Source of the DNA: Flavobacteriales bacterium
Lineage (GTDB): Bacteria > Bacteroidota > Bacteroidia > Flavobacteriales_F > PHOS-HE28
Assembly: GCA_016710965.1 (NCBI GenBank)
Contig: JADJTW010000002.1
Span: 283,299-347,298 of the forward strand
Direction: 5' to 3'
Length of the DNA: 64,000 bases
How positions within the stretch are numbered: the first letter of the stretch is position 1; each line of letters opens with the position of its first letter. This document shows, piece after piece, positions 21,401 through 31,612 of this stretch. Both the position numbers and the translations under genes were made by a program. The notes under the pieces were generated by a model. It ran no database searches. It was not told the origin of the DNA and saw only the letters and a program-made list of their open reading frames with translations.

Positions 21401-22007
21401 GCAAACAACCTACGATGTGGCCGTGACAGCACCCACCGGCTGCTCATGGACCGACGCCATCACGGTTGATGTCTCGCCGCTCTTCGGATCGGCGGTGAGC
21501 GCTACAGCGGCACCATCGATAGTGCTGCCCGGAAGCACGGTGCAGTTGAACGCATTGCCCGCCAACGGAGTCTCATACGCATGGATCCCGGCCAACTCGG
21601 TCAGCGATCCCACCATCAGCAATCCCACGGCCACGGTGCAGCAAACCACCACCTTCACTGTTACGGTGAGCGATGGCATCTGCACGCGCGCCATCCCCGT
21701 GAAAGTGACCGTTTACGAACTCGCATGCGAAGAACCTGACATCTTCATCCCGAATACGTTCACGCCGAACGCTGATGGCGTGAACGATACCCTCTTCGTG
21801 CGCGGCCAGCATATCACCAGCCTTGAGCTCCAGATCTTCGATCGCTGGGGCGAGAAGGTCTTCGAGACCAGCGATCAGCAAATCGGTTGGGACGGCACGT
21901 ATAAGGACAAGCATGTCGATCCTGCGGTCTTCGTCTATCACCTCACGGCTTGGTGCGCTGACGGACAGCGGTACTTCAAGAAGGGTAACGTCACCGTCGT
22001 GCGATGA
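18490..22007 (+). CDS. SBBP (beta-propeller) repeat / PKD-domain protein with CHU_C T9SS type B sorting domain; apparent -1 frameshift near 20130 splits it into track ORFs 18490..20235 and 19794..22007
   Basis: SBBP blades 'YSTYLGGS...', 'ATYYGG'. At 20121-20140 frame 1 reads 'ALTYWDRATT' while frame 0 reads 'HLLGSSNYDQAYFVELDHNDDVYIFGQT'. One missing C would restore '...TYLGSSNYDQAYF...'. The terminal CHU_C is 'IFIPNTFTPNADGVNDTLFV...IFDRWGEKVFE'. Confidence 0.7.
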
Positions 22008-23032
22008 TGAGATCGACGATGTTGCTTCGAGCGGTGGCAAGCATGCTGACATGCTTCATGATCACTAGCATTGCTTGCGCGCAGGACATCCACTTCTCCC
22101 AGTTCTTCAACGTGCCATCGGCGCTCAATCCGGGCTTCATCGGCCAGTTCGATGGGGACTACCGTACGAACGGGGTGTACCGGCAGCAGTGGCGATCGGT
22201 CACCGTGCCCTATCGCACCCTCGGGATCGGCGGTGATGCGCGGGACTTCGCTGGCAAGAAGGGGCTGGGAGCTGGAGCATGGCTGTACAACGACCGGGCG
22301 GGCGATAGCCGATTGAACCAATTCCACCTCGACCTCGGCGCCAGTTGGACCGAGGCGCTCGGGACTGCCGGGAAGCACAGCATCACCTTGGGCGCACGCC
22401 TGGGCTTCACATCGCTCACGCTCGACCAAGGAGGCATGTCGTTCGACTCGCAGTACAATGGCTTCTACTACGACCCCAACCTGAACGACGGCGAGAACTT
22501 CCAACGCGATGGCCATGTGCATGCCGACCTTCACGCCGGCGCGGCCTACCGATACAAGCCAGAAGCACGCAAGGAGCTCTCGATCGGCTTCGGCCTCTTC
22601 AATATCACCAAGCCGGGCATCGGTTTCCTGGGCGAGCCCGACGTGCCGCTGGACATGCGCACGGACCTGAGCGTTCAACTCGCATTGCCCATAGCCGATC
22701 GGTGGGACCTCCTGCCCATGCTGCACCACATGGCACAAGGGAAATTCCGCGAACTGGATGCCGGTGCCAATGCGCGATACATCCTCCTCGATCGCTATGG
22801 CTTGAAGCGCGCCGTGCTTATCGGCCTGCACATGCGTGCAAGAGATGCAGGCTACCTCTTCGCCGGCCTCCAGCGCGATGCCTGGACCTTCGGCTTGAGC
22901 TACGACATCAATACCAGCGATCTCGTGCCCGCCAGTCGCAACCGAGGCGCCATCGAATTCACCGCCATCCGCATCTGGAAGAAGCAACCGCCTGTCCCGG
23001 TGCGCTTCAAGGCCTGCCCGGAACAGCTCTGA
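22004..23032 (+). CDS. type IX secretion system membrane protein, PorP/SprF family (second copy)
   Basis: ATGA overlap with the upstream stop. 'IHFSQFFNVPSALNPGFIGQFDGDYR' N-terminus typical of PorP/SprF. Confidence 0.9.
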   Translation: MMRSTMLLRAVASMLTCFMITSIACAQDIHFSQFFNVPSALNPGFIGQFDGDYRTNGVYRQQWRSVTVPYRTLGIGGDARDFAGKKGLGAGAWLYNDRAGDSRLNQFHLDLGASWTEALGTAGKHSITLGARLGFTSLTLDQGGMSFDSQYNGFYYDPNLNDGENFQRDGHVHADLHAGAAYRYKPEARKELSIGFGLFNITKPGIGFLGEPDVPLDMRTDLSVQLALPIADRWDLLPMLHHMAQGKFRELDAGANARYILLDRYGLKRAVLIGLHMRARDAGYLFAGLQRDAWTFGLSYDINTSDLVPASRNRGAIEFTAIRIWKKQPPVPVRFKACPEQL

Positions 23033-23035
23033 CGC

Positions 23036-25255
23036 ATGCGACACCTTGTGCTCCTGCTCCATTGCATCATGTGCGCAAATGTCAGCGCCCAGAGCTTCGA
23101 GCAATGGGTGGCCTGGGGCGATGCTGCCTTCGAACGCGGCGAGCATTACGGCGCATCGCGCTTCTACGATGGTGCATTGGGCGTTGATGGTGGGCGCATG
23201 AGCGTGCAGTGGAAACAGGCTGAAGCATGCCGCTTGAGCCACCAGTACGGCCGTGCGGCGGAGTTCTATGAGAAGGTCCAACGCAAGGACATGGGTCGCA
23301 CCTATCCGACCACGCTGCGTTGGCTGGCCGAGATGCGCATGTGCAATGGCGAATACCGGGAAGCCGAGTCGACGTGGCGGAAAGTGCTGCAGAAGGAGAA
23401 GGACAAGAAGTCGAACACGGCTCAACGCGCCGAGAACGGGATTGCCGGCTGCGAATTGGCGATGGACACCAGCAAGCGAGCGGACGTCGATATCGAACAT
23501 CTTCCCCAGCCCGTGAACACGTTCGACAGTGAGTTCGGTGCGCGCATCGGCCCCGATGACCTGCTGTACTTCGCATCACTGCGCGGCGAACTGAACAACG
23601 AGGGGGAGGTGGTGGATACCGCCGCCTACCGCACGGGCCTTCTGCGTTCGGCATACGCCGGCGTGGCTTGGAGAACGCCACAAGCACTGAGCACCCTGAA
23701 CCGCACTGGCGACAATGCCAATGCAACGTGGACCCTCGACGGCAAGTGGATCCTATTCACGCGATGCCACGATGGCCCGTGCCGCATACACATCGCACCG
23801 ATCACGGCCGACGGCTTCGGTGAAGCGCATGTGCTGAAGGGCATCGGCGACACGCTGCTGAGCACCCAACCGATGATCACGCGCTGGCTGGACCGCGAGA
23901 TGCTGCTCTTCGTGAGCGATCGCCCAGGCGGACAGGGCGGCACCGACATCTGGCAAGCCGAGCTGATCGATGGCGAGGCACAGTACCTCTACCCGCTGGA
24001 CAGGCCTGTGAATACGCCGGGCAACGAACGTTGCCCATGGTATGACGGCGTGCAAAACGTGCTCTGGTTCAGCAGCGATTTCCTTCCTGGCCTTGGCGGG
24101 TACGACATCTTCAGTGCCTCCTTCGGCGACGACCTCTTCGCCAACCCGGTGAATGCCGGAGCACCGATCAACAGCCCGGCCAACGACCTGTACCCTGTGC
24201 GCGACAGCCATCGCGGCGAAGGCTGGATCACCAGCAACCGCAAGGGCTCGTTCGCGGCAAAGGGAGAGACCTGCTGCAACGACCTCTACCGTTACGAGCT
24301 TCCCAAGGCTACAGAACCGACCGCTGTTGTCGGAGAGCCGGCACCGATACGGCCGGTGAACTCCGTTGAGCGCCTCACGGTAATGCGCGAGCGATTCCCG
24401 CTGAAGCTCTTTTTCCACAACGACGAGCCCGAACCACGGAGTTGGGAGCGGACCACGCCGAGGACCTACGGCGAGACCTATGCAGCATACAGCGCATTGG
24501 AGCAGGAATACGAGAACGAGAACACCGACCCGCAGACCATCCGCGACTTCTTCGTGGACGAAGTTGACCGTGGCTTCAGCGAACTGGCTGAATTGGCGAA
24601 GGCATTGTTCCAAGTGCTCGAAGAAGGCCGCAGCGTGACCGTTGAAGTACGAGGACACGCCAGTCCGCTGGCACGCAATGCATACAACCGCTACTTGAGC
24701 ATGCGCCGCATCGAAAGCCTGCGCAACCATTTGCGTGGTGTGGATGACGCGCGCTTGCTGCCCTACCTGAACGGTACCGCAGCGAACGGAGCGAAGCTGG
24801 AGATACGCGAACTGCCCTTCGGTGAAGAACGCTCGGCGCGCGGCGTTAGCGACGACCTGGGCGACCTGAAACGATCGGTTTACAGCGTAGAGGCGGCACG
24901 CGAGCGGCGCATCGAAGTGGTGGCCCTGCAGTTGCTGGAGCGCACTGCCGGTCCCGAAATGGAACAGCAGATCGCGCGGCTCGGCAACCTGCCGCAGAAC
25001 GTGGAACGCATCACGCGATTCACCCTGCGCAACGACGGCGACAAACCGTTGAAGCTGCTGCACGCCGAACCGGACTGCGGATGCACCACCGCCAAGCTGC
25101 CCGAAGGACCCATAGCCCCAGGCGGCAGTGTGGAGATCGAAGTGGTCTTCAACGGCCATGCCCCGGATGGCCCGCTGCGACGCAATGTGATGATCGAGAC
25201 CGACGGCGTTCCAAAACACTTCCTCCTCTCCATCGAGGGACGCATCGTTCCTTAA
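23036..25255 (+). CDS. TolB-like (PD40 repeat) protein with OmpA/MotB-like region and C-terminal DUF1573 domain
   Basis: Signal peptide. PD40-like 'LLFVSDRPGGQGGTDIW', 'LWFSSDFLPGLGGYDIF'. C-terminal 'PDCGCTTAKLPEGPIAPGGSVEIEVVFNG' (the CGCT motif characteristic of DUF1573). Confidence 0.75.
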   Translation: MRHLVLLLHCIMCANVSAQSFEQWVAWGDAAFERGEHYGASRFYDGALGVDGGRMSVQWKQAEACRLSHQYGRAAEFYEKVQRKDMGRTYPTTLRWLAEMRMCNGEYREAESTWRKVLQKEKDKKSNTAQRAENGIAGCELAMDTSKRADVDIEHLPQPVNTFDSEFGARIGPDDLLYFASLRGELNNEGEVVDTAAYRTGLLRSAYAGVAWRTPQALSTLNRTGDNANATWTLDGKWILFTRCHDGPCRIHIAPITADGFGEAHVLKGIGDTLLSTQPMITRWLDREMLLFVSDRPGGQGGTDIWQAELIDGEAQYLYPLDRPVNTPGNERCPWYDGVQNVLWFSSDFLPGLGGYDIFSASFGDDLFANPVNAGAPINSPANDLYPVRDSHRGEGWITSNRKGSFAAKGETCCNDLYRYELPKATEPTAVVGEPAPIRPVNSVERLTVMRERFPLKLFFHNDEPEPRSWERTTPRTYGETYAAYSALEQEYENENTDPQTIRDFFVDEVDRGFSELAELAKALFQVLEEGRSVTVEVRGHASPLARNAYNRYLSMRRIESLRNHLRGVDDARLLPYLNGTAANGAKLEIRELPFGEERSARGVSDDLGDLKRSVYSVEAARERRIEVVALQLLERTAGPEMEQQIARLGNLPQNVERITRFTLRNDGDKPLKLLHAEPDCGCTTAKLPEGPIAPGGSVEIEVVFNGHAPDGPLRRNVMIETDGVPKHFLLSIEGRIVP

Positions 25256-25264
25256 CCTTGCGAC

Positions 25265-25972
25265 GTGGAACTGCTCCTGCTCTCGAACTCGACGCTGCCC
25301 GGCGAAGCCTTCTTCACCTGGCCGCGTGCCTACGTGCAGGCCTTCCTTGGCGGGCGAAAGAAGGCCGCCTTCGTGCCCTTCGCGGCTGCTGAAGCACAAC
25401 AGGATGAATACACCGCTCGCGTGGCCGAGGTCTTCGGTGCCATGGGAACCGAGCTCAAGGGCCTGCACCGCGAAAAGGATCCCGTGGCCGCCTTGCAGCA
25501 GTGCGACACCATCGTAGTGGGCGGTGGCAACACCTTTCTGTTGATGCGTGCGCTTTACAGAACGCAGCTCATCAGAGCCATCGCCGATCGCGTTCGCGAC
25601 GGCACACCCTACCTGGGCTGGAGCGCTGGCAGCAACGTGGCCTGCCCCACGGTGATGACGACCAACGACATGCCCATTGTGGAAACGCCCTCCCTGCGCG
25701 CCTTGCACCTGGTGCCCTTCCAGATCAACCCGCACTATACCGAAGCCACGATACCTGGCCACGGCGGTGAGAGCCGCGATCAGCGGATCGCGGAATACCT
25801 CACAGCAAATCCCAGCGTGGCGGTCGTAGGGCTGCGCGAGGGATCGCTGTTGCACGTGGATGGAGCCAGGATGACCCTGGTGGGCCGGGGCTTGAAGCTC
25901 TTCCGCGCGGGCCGGGAGCCGAAGGAGCTCGCCGGGCCGATGGAGATGAGCACCACGCTCACAGGGCTCTGA
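25265..25972 (+). CDS. pepE: dipeptidase E (alpha-aspartyl dipeptidase, peptidase family S51)
   Basis: 'IVVGGGNTFLLMRALYRTQL...YLGWSAGSNVACPT...LVPFQINPHY' S51 signature with Ser/His. Confidence 0.85.
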   Translation: MELLLLSNSTLPGEAFFTWPRAYVQAFLGGRKKAAFVPFAAAEAQQDEYTARVAEVFGAMGTELKGLHREKDPVAALQQCDTIVVGGGNTFLLMRALYRTQLIRAIADRVRDGTPYLGWSAGSNVACPTVMTTNDMPIVETPSLRALHLVPFQINPHYTEATIPGHGGESRDQRIAEYLTANPSVAVVGLREGSLLHVDGARMTLVGRGLKLFRAGREPKELAGPMEMSTTLTGL

Positions 25973-25993
25973 ACGCCACCGATACAGTGCTGC

Positions 25994-26917
25994 ATGCTGC
26001 GCAGCGCGCACGTTACTTTCGGCCCGCTGCTCCATGACATGAACGAAGAAGGCACGGGACTACTCGCATATCTCAGCGGCAATCTCCTGCTTCTGTTGAA
26101 GGTCATCGCCATCATCGCAGCGGCCTTCGTGCTCGAGCGCTTCATCCGCATCCTGCTCAAGCGTGCATACCTGCGAAGCGACAAGGGATTCGAGGACCGC
26201 ACCCGATACCGTTTCCTGCGCAACGGCACGCGCTTCGTCGTCACCCTCGTCACGATCATCGTCATTGTCAACAGCATCCCTTCGTTCAAGGACTTCGCCA
26301 GCACTCTCTTCGTGGGCACGGGGATCCTGGTGGCCATCATCGGTTTCGCGGCTCAGGGCGCTTTCAGCAACATCATCAGCGGCATCTTCATCGTCAGCTT
26401 CAAGCCCTTCAGGGTGGGCGATTGGCTGCAAGTGGCCGGGCATACCGGCGTGGTGGAGGACATCACCTTGCGCCACACCGTCCTTGTCACTGCTGAGAAC
26501 CGCCGCGTGATCATGCCCAACTCCAAGATCAGCGACGAGACCATCATCAACAGCACCATCACGGACCCTGCGGTTTGCCAATTCGTGGAGGTAGGCATCG
26601 CGTACGAGAGCGATCTGGACAAGGCCATGGAAGTCCTTCGGCAGGAATGCGAAGCGCACCCCGACTGCATGGACCGGCGAACACCGGCGGAATTGGAGCG
26701 GGGAGCGCCACGGGTGGCCGTGCAACTGATCAGCATCGGCGATTCGGCGCTGACCCTGCGCGCCTACGCGTGGGCGGCGGATCATTCGATAGCGCGCGGC
26801 ATGCGCTATGATCTCCTCCGATCCCTGAAGCTGCGCTTCGACCGCGAAGGCATCGTTCTGCCCTACCCGCAGCGCACCATCCGTGTGGAAGGCCCCTTAT
26901 CCATGAAGAGCAGCTAG
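25994..26917 (+). CDS. mechanosensitive ion channel family protein (MscS-like); real start possibly 26039
   Basis: TM helices followed by 'GDWLQVAGHTGVVEDITLRHTVLVTAENRRVIMPNSKI' MscS beta-domain motif. Confidence 0.85.
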   Translation: MLRSAHVTFGPLLHDMNEEGTGLLAYLSGNLLLLLKVIAIIAAAFVLERFIRILLKRAYLRSDKGFEDRTRYRFLRNGTRFVVTLVTIIVIVNSIPSFKDFASTLFVGTGILVAIIGFAAQGAFSNIISGIFIVSFKPFRVGDWLQVAGHTGVVEDITLRHTVLVTAENRRVIMPNSKISDETIINSTITDPAVCQFVEVGIAYESDLDKAMEVLRQECEAHPDCMDRRTPAELERGAPRVAVQLISIGDSALTLRAYAWAADHSIARGMRYDLLRSLKLRFDREGIVLPYPQRTIRVEGPLSMKSS

Positions 26918-26918
26918 C

Positions 26919-27943
26919 ATGAAGAAGGTGAAAAGCCGGGCCGGAAAGGCAGGCCTGCCTCCGGGATCGCTCATCCACGTTGGCGACGATGACCTGTCGC
27001 AGCCGCTGACCATCGACCTCTTCGTGTACAATGCAGAGGAGTTGTCGGAGCAGTCGCTCAGCTCGATCGCCGATTATGTCGACCACGATCTGACCAAGCG
27101 AACAGCCTGGCTCAACATCGACGGCCTCAACAGCGAACAGCTGCTTTCAACGATCGGCGAGCGCTTCAACCTGCATCCGCTCCTGCTGGAGGACATCCTT
27201 AACACAGACCACAGGCCGAAGGTGGAGGAATACCAGGATTGCCTCTTCGTGGTGACCAAGATGCTCGGGCTGGATGAGGAGACCGGTGGGATCCAATTGG
27301 AGCAGATCTGCTTCGTGCTTCGCAAAGGGATCGTCGTCTCCTTCCAGGAGACGCCTGGCGATGTCCTCGACCCGATCCGGGAGCGCCTGCGCAAAGACCT
27401 GGGCCGCGTGCGCCGCTGCGGCAGCGATTACCTGCTGTACGCTCTGCTGGATGTGATCGTGGACGAGTACTTCGTGATCGTAGAGCAGCTGGGCAAGCGC
27501 ATCGAGGAGCTGGAGCGCAAGGTGGTGGTCCGTCCCAGCAATGAGGATCTGCTTACGATACAAGAACTGCGCGGGCTGCTCATCACCGTGAACCGTTATG
27601 TGACGCCCATGCGCGAGCTGGCCGGCCGCCTCAACACCATCCAGAGCGAGTTGATCGAGAAGAGCACGCGCCGGTACATCAACGACCTGCAGGACCACAC
27701 GGTGTACATCGCCGAGACCATCGGCACATTCCGTGAGATGCTCCTGAGCGTTGAGAACACCTACCACGCCGGGCAGAACATGCGCATGACGCAAGTGATG
27801 AAGCTGCTCACCATCATCAGCACCATCTTCATCCCCCTCACCCCGAGCTGCGCTGGCGCTACGGCTACTTCGCGGTGATGGGCGTAATGGCGGTGATCGC
27901 GCTGGTGATGCTGGCGTGGTTCAGGCGGAAGCGGTGGCTGTGA
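26919..27943 (+). pseudogene. corA: CorA-family Mg2+/Co2+ transporter with an apparent 40-bp deletion removing the GMN signature and shifting frame
   Basis: The CorA cytoplasmic domain is clear. TM1 '...LLTIISTIFIPLT' jumps directly to '(P)ELRWRYGYFAVMGVMAVIALVMLAWFRRKRWL*', which is in the +1 frame. The expected 'FIAGIYGMNFEHM' between them is absent. Confidence 0.7.
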
Positions 27944-28249
27944 CCATGCCGGGAAATTTCCCTGACTCGTCCACTTGCATCTTCCCGTGACCTTACTTTG
28001 TGATCATCCTCATGGCACGCAAGCGCAGCATCGGCATCTGTGACCAGACATGGTCCGCATTGCTCATCTCCGTTGGCGGCGCCAGCGCTGCTCGTCCCGC
28101 TTTCCACTGATGAACGCGCACGCTCTCTCCGGACACTGGCGATCCTTCGCCGCCGAGCACAGAGCCACACAGTCTCCCGCACCCGCCACAAGCCGCTTGT
28201 TCCGGGCCACCTTCCTGTTCCACCCAACCCCCTCACGCGTTCGCACGCA

Positions 28250-29665
28250 ATGAAGACCCGCTACGTCGATCTGATCGAACAGACCTTCGACTTCCCCAAG
28301 GACGAGTTCAAGCTCGAAGGAGAAAACCTCGTGTGGAACGACCTGCCATTGGTGGAGCTGTTGCAAAAACACGGAACACCTTTGCGCATCAGCTACCTAC
28401 CCAAGATCGGCGAGAAGATCGAACTGGCGCGGAAGAGCTTCGCGAAGGCATTCGCAACGCACGGGTACAACGGCAGCTACGAATATTTCTACTGCACCAA
28501 GAGCAACCACTTCCACTATGTGATCGACAAGGTGCTGGACAAGGGCGTGAACCTGGAGACCAGCAGCGCCTACGACCTGGAGATGATCGAGCTGCTCATC
28601 GATCGCGGCCGCATCACCAAGGACAGCACCATCCTCTGCAATGGCTTCAAGGACGAGCGCTACATACAGGGCATCGGCCGACTGGCCAACCGCGGCTACA
28701 AGGTGGTGCCCATCATCGACAACATGGCCGAGATCTACGCGCTCGACGAAGCCATTGAAGGAACCTGCGATATCGGCATACGCATCGCAGCGGAAGAAGC
28801 GCCCAAGTTCGAGTTCTACACCAGTCGCCTGGGCATCGGCTACAAGGACATCATCCCCTTCTATATGCGCAATGTGAGCAAGCAGAAGAAATTCCGCTTG
28901 AAGCTCATGCACTTCTTCATCAACACGGGGATCACGGACACCGCCTATTACTGGAACGAGCTGAGCAAGTGCGTCAACGTCTACTGCGACCTGTGGAAAC
29001 TGTGCCGCACGCTGGACACGCTCGACATCGGCGGTGGTCTTCCCATCAAGAACAGCCTCAATTTCCAGTTCGACACCGACTACATGATCGGCGAGATCGT
29101 CGGCCGCATCAAGGACATCTGCGAGGAGAACAAGGTGCAGGAGCCCAATATCTTCTCGGAGTTCGGCAGCTTCACCGTGAGCGATAGCGGCGCCACCTTC
29201 TTCAGCATCGTGTACCAGAAGAAGCAGAACGAAAAGGAACGGTGGGATATGATCGACGGCAGCTTCATGACCACATTGCCCGACACCTGGGCGATCAGCA
29301 AGCGCTTCATCATGCTGCCGGTGAACAACTGGAACGACGAGTACGAGCGCGTCTTCCTGGGCGGCATGACCTGCGACAGCGACGACTACTACAACAGCGA
29401 GCAGCACGTCAACGCCATCTACCTGCCCAAATACAACGAGGAGAAGCGCCAGTACATCGGTTACTTCAACACCGGTGCTTACCAGGACACGCTCGGCGGC
29501 TTCGGCGGCATTCAGCATTGCCTGATCCCGAAACCGAAGCATGTGCTCCTCGACCGGTTGCCCGACGGAACTCTGGTGGATACCGTCTTCGCCGAACAGC
29601 AGACGGCCGAGCGCATGCTGCAACTGCTGGGCTACCTGCCGCTGGAGGAACCCGTGAAAAAGTAG
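28250..29665 (+). CDS. speA: arginine decarboxylase (PLP-dependent, Orn/Lys/Arg decarboxylase fold type III; short Bacteroidota-type SpeA)
   Basis: 'LRISYLPKIGEKIELARKSF', 'YEYFYCTKSNHFHYVID', 'LETSSAYDLEMI', 'LDIGGGLPI'. The track ORF start at 28040 is an upstream extension. Confidence 0.85.
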   Translation: MKTRYVDLIEQTFDFPKDEFKLEGENLVWNDLPLVELLQKHGTPLRISYLPKIGEKIELARKSFAKAFATHGYNGSYEYFYCTKSNHFHYVIDKVLDKGVNLETSSAYDLEMIELLIDRGRITKDSTILCNGFKDERYIQGIGRLANRGYKVVPIIDNMAEIYALDEAIEGTCDIGIRIAAEEAPKFEFYTSRLGIGYKDIIPFYMRNVSKQKKFRLKLMHFFINTGITDTAYYWNELSKCVNVYCDLWKLCRTLDTLDIGGGLPIKNSLNFQFDTDYMIGEIVGRIKDICEENKVQEPNIFSEFGSFTVSDSGATFFSIVYQKKQNEKERWDMIDGSFMTTLPDTWAISKRFIMLPVNNWNDEYERVFLGGMTCDSDDYYNSEQHVNAIYLPKYNEEKRQYIGYFNTGAYQDTLGGFGGIQHCLIPKPKHVLLDRLPDGTLVDTVFAEQQTAERMLQLLGYLPLEEPVKK

Positions 29666-29747
29666 CCCGGATCCCTCGATACGTCCTTCGCCTACCGCCG
29701 CCCTTGCAATCCACAACGCGCCTCTATATTTCGCCCCGAACACACCG

Positions 29748-30725
29748 ATGAGCAACGCACGCCCCATTTCGGCCTTTCTGGAGAAGCACTACCTGCACTT
29801 CAATGCCGCAGCGCTCGTTGATGCCGCGAAAGGCTACAAGGCCCACCTTTCCAAAGGCCGCAAGATGATGGTGACGCTCGCGGGCGCCATGAGCACTGCT
29901 GAACTGGGCAAGATCTTCGCGGAGATGATCCGCCAGGGGAAGGTGGACATCATCAGCTGCACCGGCGCCAACCTCGAAGAGGATGTGATGAACCTCGTGG
30001 CCCATGATCATTACGAGCGTGTACCGCACTACCGCGACCTCACACCGAAAGAGGAGCGCGATCTCCTCGACCGCGGAATGAACCGCGTGACCGACACCTG
30101 CATTCCGGAGCACGAAGCGTTCCGTCGCTTGGAGAAGCACGTGGTGGACCTATGGACCGCCGACGACAAGAGCGGCAACCGCCGCTTCCCGCACCAGTAC
30201 TTCTATGAGATGATCAACTCGGGCGTGCTGAAGCAGTACTACCAGATAGACCCGAAGGACAGTTGGATGGTGGCCGCCGCCGAACGCAACATCCCCATCA
30301 TCTGCCCCGGCTGGGAGGACAGCACCCTGGGCAACATCTTCGCGGGGCATTGCATCACCGGCGACTGCAAGCCGGGCATGATGAAGAGCGGGATCGAATA
30401 CATGATCTTCCTGGCCGATTGGTACAGCAACAACTGCGGCACCGACGGCATCGGGTTCTTCCAGATCGGCGGAGGCATAGCCGGTGACTTCCCCATCTGC
30501 GTGGTGCCCATGCTCCATCAGGACCTCCAGCGCGAAAGCATCCCCTTCTGGAGCTACTTCTGCCAGATCAGCGACAGCACCACCAGCTACGGCAGTTACA
30601 GCGGCGCAGTTCCGAACGAGAAGATCACCTGGGGGAAACTGGACATCGATACCCCGAAGTACATCATCGAAAGCGATGCTACTATTGTAGCACCACTCAT
30701 CTTCGCGTACGTCCTTGATATGTGA
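29748..30725 (+). CDS. deoxyhypusine synthase family protein (bacterial DHS-like, polyamine-associated)
   Basis: 'MVTLAGAMSTAELGKIFAEMIRQGKVDIISCTGANLEEDVMNLV', 'IPIICPGWEDSTLGNIF' DHS-fold Rossmann motifs; adjacent to speA. Confidence 0.85.
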   Translation: MSNARPISAFLEKHYLHFNAAALVDAAKGYKAHLSKGRKMMVTLAGAMSTAELGKIFAEMIRQGKVDIISCTGANLEEDVMNLVAHDHYERVPHYRDLTPKEERDLLDRGMNRVTDTCIPEHEAFRRLEKHVVDLWTADDKSGNRRFPHQYFYEMINSGVLKQYYQIDPKDSWMVAAAERNIPIICPGWEDSTLGNIFAGHCITGDCKPGMMKSGIEYMIFLADWYSNNCGTDGIGFFQIGGGIAGDFPICVVPMLHQDLQRESIPFWSYFCQISDSTTSYGSYSGAVPNEKITWGKLDIDTPKYIIESDATIVAPLIFAYVLDM

Positions 30726-30731
30726 CCAGCC

Positions 30732-31133
30732 ATGCAACGCCTGATCCGCTCCTTCAACACCTTGACCGATGAGCTCAAGGAGACCCTGCAGGAACAGTAT
30801 CCTGATGGGATCGATGCCACACACATCAAGACCATCCCGACCGCCAAGGGCGAGATCCTGCGCGTGATCGAGCTGAGCACGCCCGAGGCGATGTACTTGA
30901 TCAAGATCAACCCCGAGAGCCGCGCGGAGATCGAGGAGTTCCTTGATCAGGAGAATGAGGTCGAGCCTCCCGTCGAGGACGGAGAGCCCGAACCGGATCT
31001 GGAAGAGGCGGATGGAGCCGATGAGGAAGAAGCCGATGATGCGGATGACGACTTGGACGATGACGGCGATGATGATGATGCGGATGATGATGCTGGTGGG
31101 GATGAAGAGAAGGATGAGGAGGACGACTTCTAA
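30732..31133 (+). CDS. hypothetical protein with extremely acidic D/E-rich C-terminal tail
   Basis: Starts 7 bp after the DHS-like stop. The globular N-terminal ~75 aa is followed by ~55 aa of D/E/A; a terminator follows. Confidence 0.6.
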   Translation: MQRLIRSFNTLTDELKETLQEQYPDGIDATHIKTIPTAKGEILRVIELSTPEAMYLIKINPESRAEIEEFLDQENEVEPPVEDGEPEPDLEEADGADEEEADDADDDLDDDGDDDDADDDAGGDEEKDEEDDF

Positions 31134-31151
31134 CGAATGAACAACGCGCTT

Positions 31152-31188
31152 GAAGGCCCTTGCATCAGCGAGGGCCTTCTTATTTTCG
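31152..31188 (+). terminator. putative rho-independent terminator (GAAGGCCCT-loop-AGGGCCTTC + TTATTTTC)
   Basis: A 9-bp GC-rich inverted repeat with a 10-nt loop, followed by a T-rich tract immediately after the 31133 stop. Confidence 0.5.
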
Positions 31189-31195
31189 AAGCATC

Positions 31196-31612
31196 ATGAA
31201 CGGCAAATTCCACCTGGCCTTCGCCACCACCGACCTTAAGCGTACCAAAGCCTTCTACGGAAAGTTCCTCGGCTGCAAGGAAGGGCGCAGCGCCACCGGC
31301 TGGGTCGACTTCGACTTCTTCGGCCACCAGCTGACCATCCAGGAGGTACCCATCACCTACAAGACGGCACGGATCTACAACCCCAAGAGCAATGTGCCCA
31401 GCGATCATTGGGGCATTGTGCTGAGCATGAGCGATTGGAAGAAGCTCCGTGACAAGCTGAAGAAGGTGGGCTACTCGTTCTTCATCGAACCGCGCACGGT
31501 GATGAAAGGCGAAGTGGGCGAACAGGTGAGCATGTTCATCGAGGATCCCGATGGCCACGCGATCGAGTTCAAAGCCTTCGAGGACGAGGACGACCTGTTC
31601 AAGAAGGCATGA
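31196..31612 (+). CDS. VOC family protein (glyoxalase/bleomycin-resistance/dioxygenase fold)
   Basis: 'MNGKFHLAFATTDLKRTKAFYGKFLGC', 'VGEQVSMFIEDPDGHAIEF'. Confidence 0.8.
   Translation: MNGKFHLAFATTDLKRTKAFYGKFLGCKEGRSATGWVDFDFFGHQLTIQEVPITYKTARIYNPKSNVPSDHWGIVLSMSDWKKLRDKLKKVGYSFFIEPRTVMKGEVGEQVSMFIEDPDGHAIEFKAFEDEDDLFKKA

Noticed and set aside
21938-26035. Minus-strand ORFs 21938..23500 (520 aa) and 23753..26035 (760 aa)
   Set aside because: They are fully antisense to well-supported plus-strand genes (PorP/SprF, the TolB-like protein, pepE) and are typical high-GC shadow ORFs.
26060-29767. Minus-strand ORFs 26060..26785, 27147..27794, 28397..29767 (456 aa)
   Set aside because: Antisense to the MscS, corA and speA genes, whose sense translations carry clear family signatures.
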